A stretch of 29,864 bases of DNA from a virus (IMGVR_UViG_3300043568_000735:1-29864); one strand, 5' to 3'. Shown: positions 1 to 8,975, counted from the first letter of the stretch. The notes: a model not told the origin generated them from the letters alone. A program made the numbers and translations.

Positions 1-581
1 GTATAAGGTACAAGTAAAGTACCAGGAGATATTAAATCAACACTGCCAGTGTCAAAGGCAAATACATGACGTAGTTTTACATTTCTTGTAATTGATCGTG
101 CAGTTAATATACCCGTCGATAATGTAGCAGATGCATCAAAAGTGACTTTAGATTTGATTACAGTAGAATTGCCATAGGCAGTAGTTAAAGCAATTTGAAA
201 GTCACTATAGTCAGGATCGTTTATATCAATGGTAAATGATAAAGATTCTAAGAAGTTTAAGTTTTCATCATATAAAGAATAATCATGAGATGTCCCGTCG
301 TCAAAAATGTTTGGGTTAGTAGCAAGTAATGCGTCAAAGCTAAACTGTTCATTAAGAGGACCGTATTCAGCAATATCATCAATGTTAAGTAAACGCTCAG
401 TTCCTCCTTTAAGAGTTAATGTTCCTTCTGTGTGTTCAGCTATTGGAATGTATAAATTATTAAGGTCTAAAGAGGCAAGTTTATTTAATCCTTTTACAAC
501 ACTTGCTAATTTACATTCAGAAATTCTGAACGCAAGTATTGACCAATCTGGAGGACAAACAATAGGTGGTTTAACTGACAT
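1..581 (-). CDS. Partial hypothetical protein (>=193 aa, runs off the window edge), possibly virion structural
   Basis: Not in the ORF track because it is truncated. Manual translation from ATG at 581 (MSVKPPIVCPPDWSILAFRISECK...GSVDLISPGTLLVPY) is stop-free to position 1, on the same strand as all neighbours. Confidence 0.8.
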   Translation of the reverse strand, partial: MSVKPPIVCPPDWSILAFRISECKLASVVKGLNKLASLDLNNLYIPIAEHTEGTLTLKGGTERLLNIDDIAEYGPLNEQFSFDALLATNPNIFDDGTSHDYSLYDENLNFLESLSFTIDINDPDYSDFQIALTTAYGNSTVIKSKVTFDASATLSTGILTARSITRNVKLRHVFAFDTGSVDLISPGTLLVPY

Positions 582-684
582 TATAATATGTGATCTTTTT
601 ACGCATTAACTCCAGGACGAACCTGTGGATTAACTTTCTTTTTTGCTTTTGGCTCTGGTGTGTAATCTAAATCAAAGTAAGAGT

Positions 685-1557
685 TTAAATCAAACTTTTT
701 TTTTCACTACCATTTATATTATCTATTTCTGAAGATTCTTCAAATTCTTTAAGAATCTCTTCCTGATTTACAGGAGCTATAGTTGCTGGCAATTTTTTCG
801 TTTCTTTTACAGTGTCTTGATGCACAGCTGTAACATTATTAGAATCTTCTAAATGCGCAATAAATTCAGCTTCCTTTTCAGGTGAAACATCAAGACCATG
901 CATTTCCAAAGCATCTTCAATAAATGGAAGTTCCGGCGTTTCTGCTAAACGATATTCGGAATTTGCTAGAGCTGTAGGTTCATCACCGTCGTCAGTATGT
1001 CCTACTGTTGGTAATTTTCCTTTTTCTTTTAAATCTTTAACAATTTCTGAAACTCTTTTTTGCTCTGCTTTTAAATCATTAACAGGTTCAGCGTGCTCAT
1101 GAATGTTTACGTCGTCTACAATCGCAGGACGAATGTAATCAACAAGTGACTTAATAAAACCTAATGCAACAAGTGGTAAGATTGCTCCACTTATAATGGA
1201 AAGTACTCTTTTTTGATAAAGTGGATCTTCATCAACAAGACCAAATAATTCTACCCAAGATTGGTAGTCTTGTAAATTGGTAAAAGCGTAATATGTATTA
1301 CCCATCATTTGCATACAAGTCAAAATAATGAATAAGCCCCAAACTAGAGACTTATTCATTTTATCTAATACTATAAGAGATGCAAGAGAAGCAGCCGCTC
1401 CAATTTCAAATGCTACCGCTAATGAAATAGAAAGCCACTGTGGGTTGGATAAACTGAAGAACTCAATAACGTGAATGGTTGAAATAACACTCACGATTAA
1501 ATACAAACTTACAAAGGTTGTAATAATGAATCCATGTAGTAATTTATCTTTTTTCAC
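685..1557 (-). CDS. Membrane protein with about 4 N-terminal TM helices and an acidic C-terminal tail
   Basis: ORF 685..1608. In-frame GTG at 1557 reduces the overlap with the upstream gene to 14 nt. Hydrophobic segments GFIITTFVSLYLIVSVIS, WLSISLAVAFEIGAAASLASLIV, LVWGLFIILTCM, VLSIISGAILPLVALGFI. Confidence 0.75.
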   Translation of the reverse strand: MKKDKLLHGFIITTFVSLYLIVSVISTIHVIEFFSLSNPQWLSISLAVAFEIGAAASLASLIVLDKMNKSLVWGLFIILTCMQMMGNTYYAFTNLQDYQSWVELFGLVDEDPLYQKRVLSIISGAILPLVALGFIKSLVDYIRPAIVDDVNIHEHAEPVNDLKAEQKRVSEIVKDLKEKGKLPTVGHTDDGDEPTALANSEYRLAETPELPFIEDALEMHGLDVSPEKEAEFIAHLEDSNNVTAVHQDTVKETKKLPATIAPVNQEEILKEFEESSEIDNINGSEKKSLI

Positions 1558-1834
1558 TTTCAAGTTTTGTAATTTCAGCATCAATCGCAGTTTGGCGATT
1601 AACATCAAGGATCTTACGGTCAGTAGACTGGATCATACGCTTTTCAGTTTTTAATCCTTCTATTTGTAAATCCTTTTGAGATGCGCAAGAATCAAGTCTT
1701 GCCTCTATTTTGTCAAGTCTTTTGTTAATACTTTTAACATCACCTGAACCACATGTTCTCACAAAGATTGCTACCAATAAGATGATAGCAATCTGTTGAA
1801 AACGTTTATCGAGTAATTCGTTTATTTTGTTCAT
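1544..1834 (-). CDS. Small single-TM (possibly lipidated) coiled-coil protein
   Basis: Hydrophobic stretch IAIILLVAIFV followed by RTCGS and a heptad-rich charged C-terminus. Confidence 0.7.
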   Translation of the reverse strand: MNKINELLDKRFQQIAIILLVAIFVRTCGSGDVKSINKRLDKIEARLDSCASQKDLQIEGLKTEKRMIQSTDRKILDVNRQTAIDAEITKLESEKR

Positions 1835-1839
1835 TTTTA

Positions 1840-2394
1840 TTATACTTCTGTTTCAGCGGCAATTTCAGCAATAAGTTGATCTTCATATTCTGATACTGCT
1901 CCTTGGTCAATAGCATTTTGTACTTGACCTAAATCTCTTTCCAACTGATCTTTCTTTTCTTTATCTTGTTTAGCACGAGATAAAGCATCTGTCACAGGTT
2001 TTAAGATTGTGTTAAAGTAATGCAATGCTGAATTTAATCCTACACCAGTTTCTTTTGATAAGAAATAATAAATAGCCTCAAGTGCTAATGTAGATAGCAT
2101 GATTTCTTTACGTTTTCCAGTCTCAAGATCTTTGATAATAACATCAAGTTGCTTTCTTGTTTCAATGATTCCCATTGATTCTGAAAAATTCCATTTAGCA
2201 TCATTAGTGATGAAGTCATGAATAGCCTTAGCTGTTACAATTTGACCTTCAACAAGATACGTTTTTGTTTCTAATTCTGCGCGGAAATCATTTAATTTTT
2301 TTTCAAGATCCGCTGCAAGTTTTTGTCTTTGTTCTAATTTCCCGTCGATATCAACAGGTGCTTTCTCAATAGTAAGAGTTGCTTCTTTTGTCAT
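1840..2394 (-). CDS. Hypothetical coiled-coil protein
   Basis: 184-aa ORF packed between neighbours and preceded by a GATATATA box 21 nt upstream. Confidence 0.75.
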   Translation of the reverse strand: MTKEATLTIEKAPVDIDGKLEQRQKLAADLEKKLNDFRAELETKTYLVEGQIVTAKAIHDFITNDAKWNFSESMGIIETRKQLDVIIKDLETGKRKEIMLSTLALEAIYYFLSKETGVGLNSALHYFNTILKPVTDALSRAKQDKEKKDQLERDLGQVQNAIDQGAVSEYEDQLIAEIAAETEV

Positions 2395-2415
2395 GGTTTT
2401 TGGTTTTTCTTAATT

Positions 2416-2423
2416 TATATATC
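2416..2423 (-). promoter_or_regulatory. Putative late-type promoter GATATATA
   Basis: The same RATATATA octamer recurs upstream of the sheath, tape measure and neck genes. Confidence 0.6.
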
Positions 2424-2432
2424 TTGGTGAAT

Positions 2433-2888
2433 TTAGATTAGCGTTTTGCATAATTCTATAGCCCAGTTAATTGCACTTGTGATATCCGAACGGAATATCA
2501 ATATAAGTGTAAGATAGAAAGTATTTAAAACTACTTTCCAAATAGATAAGTATTTAAAAATAGGATAATACACAATAAGATAAGAGTCAGATTCAGGAAT
2601 CTTTTCACCAGATACTGCAACTACTTCACTTAATCCCATTGTGTCAATAAACTTATGACAAGGAATCATTCTCTCACCAAGTTTAATGTCAAGCATTTGT
2701 TTATCATCGCCAGCATCAGCTGGGTTTGGGTTAAACACGGTATAGATTCTGCCAACCCAATCAACTCGCAAGTTGAATCTTTCCCAATCAGGTGTACCGC
2801 GGTACTTACGAATGGCAAATCTAAGGACGGCATAATTCTTTATGTCCTGTAGAAAGTTTTTTAGATTTCTGAATCTTAATAGTTTCAT
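2433..2888 (-). CDS. Hypothetical protein with a C-terminal hydrophobic segment
   Basis: 151-aa ORF starting 1 nt after the sigma stop; C-terminal WKVVLNTFYLTLILIF. Confidence 0.7.
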   Translation of the reverse strand: MKLLRFRNLKNFLQDIKNYAVLRFAIRKYRGTPDWERFNLRVDWVGRIYTVFNPNPADAGDDKQMLDIKLGERMIPCHKFIDTMGLSEVVAVSGEKIPESDSYLIVYYPIFKYLSIWKVVLNTFYLTLILIFRSDITSAINWAIELCKTLI

Positions 2889-2889
2889 A

Positions 2890-3540
2890 TTATGATATTT
2901 CTTGATTGTATAATTTAACTAAATTAGGATCTTTCTTTAAAAGACTAGCCCTAACAAGTTCACGAGCTTTACGGATACGAGTTCTAACAGTATTATGTTT
3001 CCAACCAAGTTGGTCAGCAATTTCTTCGTATTTCATTTTATCAATTTCACGAAGCGTTAAAACTGTTTTGTATAAATCTGGAAGATTTCCAATTTCCTCA
3101 ACTGCCATATCATATAGCAAATCTACTGGATGATCTTCATCAGATAAGAAAGCGTCAGATTCAGTAATAGGACCTTTAGCTTCCATGTTTATACCCATCT
3201 CTTGCATAGCATCGTATGAATATGTTTTCTTTTTACTTCTGAAAAACAAAAGAGCCTCATTTCGAGCAATACGATATACCCAAGTACTGAAATTCCAATA
3301 CGGATCATATTGATGAATCTTTTGCCAAACTTTAGCAAAGGCTGTTGCAATAACCTCGTTTCGGTCATCTTGATTAGGAACCAGCTCTCTCAAGTAATAT
3401 GAGATACTTGGCTTAAGGCGATGATACACATTAGTAAAATCCCTTTCGGATCTTGACTCAAAAAATGCTAATCCCATTTCTTGAAGTGATTTCGGTTTAG
3501 TTGACATAGAAGGCTGTTGAGAATTTTTAGTTAGTGCCAT
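2890..3540 (-). CDS. ECF-type sigma-70 family RNA polymerase sigma factor
   Basis: Region 2 motif AFAKVWQKIHQYDPYWNFSTWVYRIARN; region 4 HTH LPDLYKTVLTLREIDKMKYEEIADQLGWKHNTVRTRIRKARELV. Confidence 0.92.
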   Translation of the reverse strand: MALTKNSQQPSMSTKPKSLQEMGLAFFESRSERDFTNVYHRLKPSISYYLRELVPNQDDRNEVIATAFAKVWQKIHQYDPYWNFSTWVYRIARNEALLFFRSKKKTYSYDAMQEMGINMEAKGPITESDAFLSDEDHPVDLLYDMAVEEIGNLPDLYKTVLTLREIDKMKYEEIADQLGWKHNTVRTRIRKARELVRASLLKKDPNLVKLYNQEIS

Positions 3541-3573
3541 AGAGACTGTTAGGTTAGTTAATTAATTATTTTA

Positions 3574-3629
3574 CAAATATAATAATTTTATTGTGAAATA
3601 AAAAACAAATAGGGATAAAGTTATTAACA
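3574..3629 (-). promoter_or_regulatory. Bacteroidota-type -7 box (TATATTTG) with upstream TGTTAATAACTT box, ahead of the sigma gene
   Basis: TATATTTG at 3574-3581; TTTT (not TTTG) at the -33 position; 12-bp box at 3618-3629, 36 nt from the -7 box. Confidence 0.65.
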
Positions 3630-3636
3630 ACTTTAA

Positions 3637-3662
3637 GCAGGTTAGAATTGCTTCTATCCTGC
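3637..3662 (-). terminator. Stem-loop with GCAA tetraloop; possible weak terminator or processing site
   Basis: GCAGGATAGAA-GCAA-TTCTAACCTGC (one mismatch) just downstream of the 134-aa gene; poor U-tract. Confidence 0.45.
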
Positions 3663-3679
3663 AAGTTGTTTAAGATAAA

Positions 3680-4084
3680 TTAGTTTGCTTGTTCCGGTTC
3701 TCCAGAAATTTCATCAAATCCTGGATCTTTACAATCTTCAGGCTGTGATTCACTAGCGTAATCTGTTTGGTCAGGATCCGCCATTGCAGCTTTTAACAAA
3801 TCATCCCCAGATGGAACTTGGTCAGCGTGCCATGCTTTCTTAGGTGCGTCTTCAGATTCGGTTACTTGTGTAACGATAGCTGGTAATCTGTTAAATAATT
3901 CAGCAACCTCATTGTATGCAAATTCTCCAAGGAATTGCACAAGTTGGTTTAACTCAGTTTCAGTGAATTGAAAACCTTCACGGTTAATCAAATTCATAAA
4001 TGGGAATACTTGAGTAAATTTCTTAGTGTTTAAGATGTCTGTTACTCTCTGTTTGAACTCGGGAGTTACTACGTAATTTTGCAT
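3680..4084 (-). CDS. Hypothetical protein with acidic C-terminal tail
   Basis: 134-aa ORF with its own promoter-like element at 4106-4131. Confidence 0.75.
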   Translation of the reverse strand: MQNYVVTPEFKQRVTDILNTKKFTQVFPFMNLINREGFQFTETELNQLVQFLGEFAYNEVAELFNRLPAIVTQVTESEDAPKKAWHADQVPSGDDLLKAAMADPDQTDYASESQPEDCKDPGFDEISGEPEQAN

Positions 4085-4105
4085 ATGTCTATTTTATTTA
4101 TAGTT

Positions 4106-4131
4106 TATATATCATTATGGTTCATTAGTTC
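4106..4131 (-). promoter_or_regulatory. Putative phage-sigma promoter GAAC-N16-TATATA (also contains GATATATA)
   Basis: Minus strand AAGAAC-TAATGAACCATAATGA-TATATAAA. Confidence 0.6.
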
Positions 4132-4661
4132 TTGAAATCTGAAAAAAGTTTAGATAAAAATCTAAATTTATCAGTCATGCGATAATCCATTGCTAAATCC
4201 CAATCTTCGGATTTTATATACTCAGCAAAGTCTTTGTCATCAGTTTTCATTCGACGATTAACTTCATTAGGATCATCACCACGTTTTAACGATCTATCTA
4301 ATCGTACTTCATCAGGTGTGTGCATAAAGATAATCACTAAGTTTTCTCTACCTACTGCATGTATAAGTTTTTCTAAGCCTCTTGGTGTTAAGATAAGAAG
4401 ATCACAATTCTTATAATCACTTTTGGTTAAACCATAATACCAATCATTAAATTCATCCCATTCAACAAACTGCTCGTTAGCTCTTAACTTTTCAAAGTAA
4501 TCACGAGTCACAAACCTATAACTGATGCCAGGTATTTCGTTATGACGCATTGGTCTTGACGTTGTTGATAACGCAGGACGGCAGCCGTTTTCTTGTAGCA
4601 TTGTTGCCAACTCAGTTTTACCCGAGCAGGATTTTCCAATAAGGACTATTTTCTTTTCCAT
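4125..4661 (-). CDS. gmk: Guanylate kinase-like protein
   Basis: P-loop GKSCSGKT, STTSRPMRHNE..G.SY.FVT and EW.EF..WYYG motifs of guanylate kinases. Confidence 0.88.
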   Translation of the reverse strand: MEKKIVLIGKSCSGKTELATMLQENGCRPALSTTSRPMRHNEIPGISYRFVTRDYFEKLRANEQFVEWDEFNDWYYGLTKSDYKNCDLLILTPRGLEKLIHAVGRENLVIIFMHTPDEVRLDRSLKRGDDPNEVNRRMKTDDKDFAEYIKSEDWDLAMDYRMTDKFRFLSKLFSDFKN

Positions 4662-4882
4662 AAAGTAGACATAAACGTAAGGTAAATTACCAGAGTTTCT
4701 AAAAAGTTAAACGGATTGTAATTAAATTTGGTTAGGATTAACCATAGTGTGCCATAGATGGCTAAGAATTTTGCAACAAATAATAACAAGAAAGCAAAAT
4801 GATTAGGTCTTTCAGATCCATCACTTAATTTTTCATCGGCTATTTTTTGTCTTAATAGATTTGTTTTTTCAAAGTCAATCAT
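4646..4882 (-). CDS. Small 2-TM membrane protein (78 aa; start revised from 4990 to 4882)
   Basis: The ORF-track 5' extension overlaps a terminator (4963-4991) and a promoter (4903-4928); ATG at 4882 gives MIDFEKT... with two hydrophobic segments. Confidence 0.65.
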   Translation of the reverse strand: MIDFEKTNLLRQKIADEKLSDGSERPNHFAFLLLFVAKFLAIYGTLWLILTKFNYNPFNFLETLVIYLTFMSTLWKRK

Positions 4883-4902
4883 ATAAGGATATTTTTGTAG
4901 AT

Positions 4903-4928
4903 TATATTCTACAGCGTAAATAAAGTTC
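4903..4928 (-). promoter_or_regulatory. Putative phage-sigma promoter GAAC-N16-AATATA
   Basis: Minus strand AAGAAC-TTTATTTACGCTGTAG-AATATAAT, 20 nt upstream of ATG 4882. Confidence 0.6.
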
Positions 4929-4962
4929 TTTACAGTTATATAGAGGACATTTGCGGACATAC

Positions 4963-4991
4963 AAAAAAATGTATGATAATTACCATACATT
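4963..4991 (-). terminator. Intrinsic terminator
   Basis: AATGTATGGT-AATT-ATCATACATT (one G-U pair) followed by TTTTT, downstream of the 76-aa gene. Confidence 0.65.
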
Positions 4992-5016
4992 AATTTCTAT
5001 AATAGATTAGAAGTAC

Positions 5017-5247
5017 TTAATCCTCATCTTGTTCATCAGGTGTTTGACCTTTACTATCAGGTAGTTCTTTATTAGAACTTGCAATCCTTGGCTCAAAGAA
5101 TGACTTCTGATTATCAAATGCTTTCTTAAACATATAAAATCCAGTGTCACCCGGCGCAGGCTGAACTAAATACTTAGGTGCTTTATATTCTGCAGTCTCT
5201 GCCTCAAATGCAGCAAAGTCAGGCGTGTTATTTATCTTCTTTGACAT
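5017..5247 (-). CDS. Small hypothetical protein
   Basis: 76-aa ORF overlapping the upstream gene by 20 nt and followed by a terminator. Confidence 0.65.
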   Translation of the reverse strand: MSKKINNTPDFAAFEAETAEYKAPKYLVQPAPGDTGFYMFKKAFDNQKSFFEPRIASSNKELPDSKGQTPDEQDED

Positions 5248-5545
5248 TAGTCTTTCCTTCTTTTGATGTTGTTAACGCAATAGTTTTAGCGTGCTCTAAG
5301 TCTTGTTTCTTTTTGGTTAAATCGTTTCTTTCAATTTCTATCTTGATAAGTTTAGATTCAATTTCTAAAATTTGAGATTGAAACGATTCTTTATTACGAA
5401 CAGCTTCTTTACGAGCTTTTTCAATATCAGCAAGCTGAGCAATTAAGGCTGCATTTGCTGAAGGTTCAGCAGCAGTTTTAATTTCTTCTGTGTCTTCTTT
5501 AACCGCAGCATCGTATTTCTTTGCTTCCCAATCAGAGAATCTCAT
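5228..5545 (-). CDS. Small coiled-coil hypothetical protein (start likely ATG 5545, MRFSDWEAKK)
   Basis: ORF 5228..5560. The AATATATA box at 5565-5572 is only 4 nt from ATG 5560 but 19 nt from ATG 5545, matching the other late boxes. Confidence 0.65.
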   Translation of the reverse strand: MRFSDWEAKKYDAAVKEDTEEIKTAAEPSANAALIAQLADIEKARKEAVRNKESFQSQILEIESKLIKIEIERNDLTKKKQDLEHAKTIALTTSKEGKTNVKEDK

Positions 5546-5564
5546 ATATGTTCTTTCCATAATT

Positions 5565-5572
5565 TATATATT
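5565..5572 (-). promoter_or_regulatory. Putative late-type promoter AATATATA
   Basis: Minus strand GAATATATAAA in the gap after the tape measure gene. Confidence 0.55.
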
Positions 5573-5579
5573 CTTCAAT

Positions 5580-8500
5580 TTACTTTGACAATTTGCCATT
5601 TATGTAAAGGTTAGTTACTTCTAAACGAGCAATAACCGCGCCGCTACCAAGATTGTTAGACTGAGCTGCTTGTGATGGTGGAGCAGCTTGTGATTGTGAT
5701 CCACTGGAAGAAGATTGCTTAGTCTTTTCAGCTGGTTTAGCCGCAGCACCTTTTCCTTCTGCTCCAGCAGCTACGGCACTTGGCGTAGTTTTCTGTGAAT
5801 TATTTAATGCTGCTTGTGCTTGTGCTTGTTCTTTAAGTGCTTTGGTAGTTGCTGATAGTTTTCCTGCATCTACACTTGCTATAGTTTTTAATGAATCTGC
5901 GTATGTTTTTAAATTAGTAGCGTCATCTTTTCCAAATGCGTCCCATACTTTAACAAAGACTCCCATATCTTTTGTAAACTGTCCAAAGTTTTTAGTAAAC
6001 TTTTCAAACGGAGTATTAATCTTTGTCATACCTTCTGTGATTGACGCAAACTTTTTGTATAACGTAACTTTATTATTGTCCATTTTATCAAAAGAAGCAC
6101 CCATTGTTGCTAACGAAGTAGCAAACCCAGTTAATACACCATCTATATTTTTGCCATTCTTACTAGATTCGGCAATGTTCTTTGTAATTCCAAGATAAGA
6201 TTTAGAAACATTAAGTATATCCTTTGCGGCAGAAGACATCTTTGGCATAAATTCAATAGCCGTGTCAATATCATCTTCCCACTTTTTAATGTATATTCCT
6301 AAGTTGGCAAATACTTGTGGAAATGCATACAATAGTTTCTTAACATTTGCAATAGCCATAGGAATAGCATCACCAAAACTAATTACGCCTTTTGCTACAA
6401 GTTTTGCATTTTTAGTTCCAGGATTAATAACTTCATTAATAGTTGCTTGGCCGCTTGCAAGTTTAAGCACCATGTCAGCCATTTTAGAAATAGGATCAAC
6501 TATCTTACCAGTTGCTTCTATTCCAGCCTCAAGTGCACTATCAGTAAACCATGAACTACCATTTTTATAATCTCTACCAAAAGATGTAAGTGGTTCTGTT
6601 AATGTAGTTAGTATAAGACCTACGTTATCCGCAGCAAGTGTAAAATCATCAGATGTTAATTTACGAGTAGATGTAGGTACAAGTTTACCGTTCTTAACTG
6701 AGTATTCTACAATATTAAGATTAGCCATATCAGAAACACCTTTCGCAATACTTGCGATTGCGTTTCCAACTTTTCCTGCAGCCTCTACACCTTTTACTAC
6801 ATAACCATCACCCCAATATTTACCTTCACCTTTTACAGATTCTTCACCAAACTTTGATAGAGGCATAACTAATGCATTCAAAATAGCCGCGGTGTTTACA
6901 CCAGCTGCAACAAAATCAGTCTCTTTTAATTTGCGAACTTTAACTGGAACAAGTTTTCCATTTCGCACCTCATAATCAATAACCGTAAGATTAGCCATGT
7001 TAGCAACACCTTCAGCAATACTAGAGATTGCACTACCAATTGAAGCAGCAGCACGAATTCCTTTTGTCATGTAACCTGCACCAAGTGTAAACGGGCCAAA
7101 TCCAGTTTCACCCATAGTTGACCACATACCAAAATTTGTAAGTGGCATTGCAAGTGCATTAAGTATTTTTGCAACGTTAGGTCCAACGGCTTGAATTTCA
7201 GCGTCAGTTAATTTAACTACTCTTTTAGGAACAAGTTTCTTTGACGCTTTATCATATTCCATTTCTGTGAATGATAAAGTTGCCATTGCTTTTACACCAG
7301 CAGCTAATGAAACCAGAGCAAGACCCATTAAAGCAATCATTGGAATTGCTGCCATTGCTTTAAGTATTCCTTTTACACCTAATCCATCAAGTGCATGTGA
7401 AAACCCTTGAACTGTGCTTGATAAAGCATTCTGTAAAGCTGCGCCATCGCTTTCTTGCCAATCTATTCGTTTAAATATTGAAAGAGCAAAAGTAAGAGGT
7501 AAAAGAGCCGCAGACGCAGGTATAATTGCAGCGGCACCAATTAAGACAAACGGAGCTATGATTCCAAGTTTTGACATGGTCCAGCTTATTTGCATAATTG
7601 CGTATGCAAGATTTTCAACCTTTTCTTTTGTAAACTCAGCTTGAGATAATAATACAAGGGTACCAGCGAACGCTATCATAGGTAATGCTAGTGCCTCAAT
7701 TATACCAACTCCAATTAAAGCGTATGGCGCAATTCCAGGATCTCCTAAAACTCTTGCCGCTAATCCGAGAATAACGATTGCTAAACCAATTACTCCAACT
7801 TTAAGTGCAAGCGTAAGTGGATCGTCTTTAACTAGTGATCCTACTATTGCTAAAGAAATAGCAAATCCTAACATAGGTAATGCTAATGCACTAATAAGAG
7901 CAGTTCCTTTTTTAACAGAACCGTCTTTATCAAGCTTACCTAAACCGTATGCAGCTAATCCAATAAATCCAATAGCTAGACCCATTACAAGTGCCCCTAT
8001 TGCTATGTATTGCGCTGCAAGCCCTGCAACTACCATAATTAATCCGAAGAATAACAACGGTTTAACCATACTTTGTAATATACCTATACCTTTTGTAAGT
8101 TGTTCTTCTTTCTTGCCCATTTCATTTAAGACAAGAGAAATTGCGCCGATTGCTAAAATAAATACCAATGCACCTAACGCAAATTGTTTAGCAAGGAAAC
8201 CAACACCTATCATTGTTAAAGCAAAGATAGCAATGTATTTTCCAATTTTCATTAAAGTGTCTAATGCAGATGCACCTTTACCCGCATTATCGTCGGCTGA
8301 CTTTAATGCCCATAAGATACCTTTAATTGCTAATATGAATACTAATGTACCAAGTGCAAATAGTGGAGCAACTAATGCAATACCTACCATCGTTAATGCA
8401 AACAGAGCAATAGAAGATCCTATACCCATTAATGTAGCTAATGCGTCTGCACCTTTACCAGCATTTTCGTCCGCAGTTTTTAAAGCGCTAAGTATTCCTT

Positions 8501-8954
8501 TAATTGCTAGGATAAAGACAATTGTCCCAAGTGCTACTGCGGGTGCTAGTAATGCAATAGCTGTCATTCCTAATGCAAAAGAAAATAAACTTTTAGATAA
8601 ACCTGTTAATGAATTTATAAGTTCTTCTCCATTAACTGCTTCAAGATTTTTAGAAGCATCTCTAAGACCTTCAGAAAAACTGATTAAGAAGTCTTTAACT
8701 CTTACACCAGCTTTAGAACTAAGAACATTGGTTGCAACAATTAATTTTGCAATTGAAGTGGCCATACCGCCAATTGCCATTGCTTCTTTAGCAGAATCAA
8801 TAGCAGGACCTTTAACAGAACCTTCTGTAGAAGTAGTAGCTTTACCATCGCTTCCATCTTTCTTACTACTATTGGGATTGAGATATCCCTCAATCTTTGT
8901 AGTTAATTGGACTAACGCCCTTAGGCTACTATTTGCCTCATTGGCTACTGACAT
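5580..8954 (-). CDS. Tail tape measure protein (1124 aa)
   Basis: Position after sheath, tube and chaperone-like pair; Ala/Gly/Leu-rich helical composition; internal 59-aa and about 90-94-aa repeats. Confidence 0.75.
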   Translation of the reverse strand: MSVANEANSSLRALVQLTTKIEGYLNPNSSKKDGSDGKATTSTEGSVKGPAIDSAKEAMAIGGMATSIAKLIVATNVLSSKAGVRVKDFLISFSEGLRDASKNLEAVNGEELINSLTGLSKSLFSFALGMTAIALLAPAVALGTIVFILAIKGILSALKTADENAGKGADALATLMGIGSSIALFALTMVGIALVAPLFALGTLVFILAIKGILWALKSADDNAGKGASALDTLMKIGKYIAIFALTMIGVGFLAKQFALGALVFILAIGAISLVLNEMGKKEEQLTKGIGILQSMVKPLLFFGLIMVVAGLAAQYIAIGALVMGLAIGFIGLAAYGLGKLDKDGSVKKGTALISALALPMLGFAISLAIVGSLVKDDPLTLALKVGVIGLAIVILGLAARVLGDPGIAPYALIGVGIIEALALPMIAFAGTLVLLSQAEFTKEKVENLAYAIMQISWTMSKLGIIAPFVLIGAAAIIPASAALLPLTFALSIFKRIDWQESDGAALQNALSSTVQGFSHALDGLGVKGILKAMAAIPMIALMGLALVSLAAGVKAMATLSFTEMEYDKASKKLVPKRVVKLTDAEIQAVGPNVAKILNALAMPLTNFGMWSTMGETGFGPFTLGAGYMTKGIRAAASIGSAISSIAEGVANMANLTVIDYEVRNGKLVPVKVRKLKETDFVAAGVNTAAILNALVMPLSKFGEESVKGEGKYWGDGYVVKGVEAAGKVGNAIASIAKGVSDMANLNIVEYSVKNGKLVPTSTRKLTSDDFTLAADNVGLILTTLTEPLTSFGRDYKNGSSWFTDSALEAGIEATGKIVDPISKMADMVLKLASGQATINEVINPGTKNAKLVAKGVISFGDAIPMAIANVKKLLYAFPQVFANLGIYIKKWEDDIDTAIEFMPKMSSAAKDILNVSKSYLGITKNIAESSKNGKNIDGVLTGFATSLATMGASFDKMDNNKVTLYKKFASITEGMTKINTPFEKFTKNFGQFTKDMGVFVKVWDAFGKDDATNLKTYADSLKTIASVDAGKLSATTKALKEQAQAQAALNNSQKTTPSAVAAGAEGKGAAAKPAEKTKQSSSSGSQSQAAPPSQAAQSNNLGSGAVIARLEVTNLYINGKLSK

Positions 8955-8975
8955 CTATGTTCTTTGGTCTTTTTG

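Noticed and set aside
307-609. 100-aa plus-strand ORF
   Set aside because: Lies antisense to the longer stop-free minus-strand frame from 581 to the window edge.
2794-2805. Perfect 12-bp palindrome GTACCGCGGTAC
   Set aside because: Inside a coding region; several 12-bp palindromes are expected by chance in 30 kb.
4883-4990. N-terminal 36 aa of the 114-aa ORF
   Set aside because: Overlaps a terminator and a promoter; the downstream ATG at 4882 fits better.
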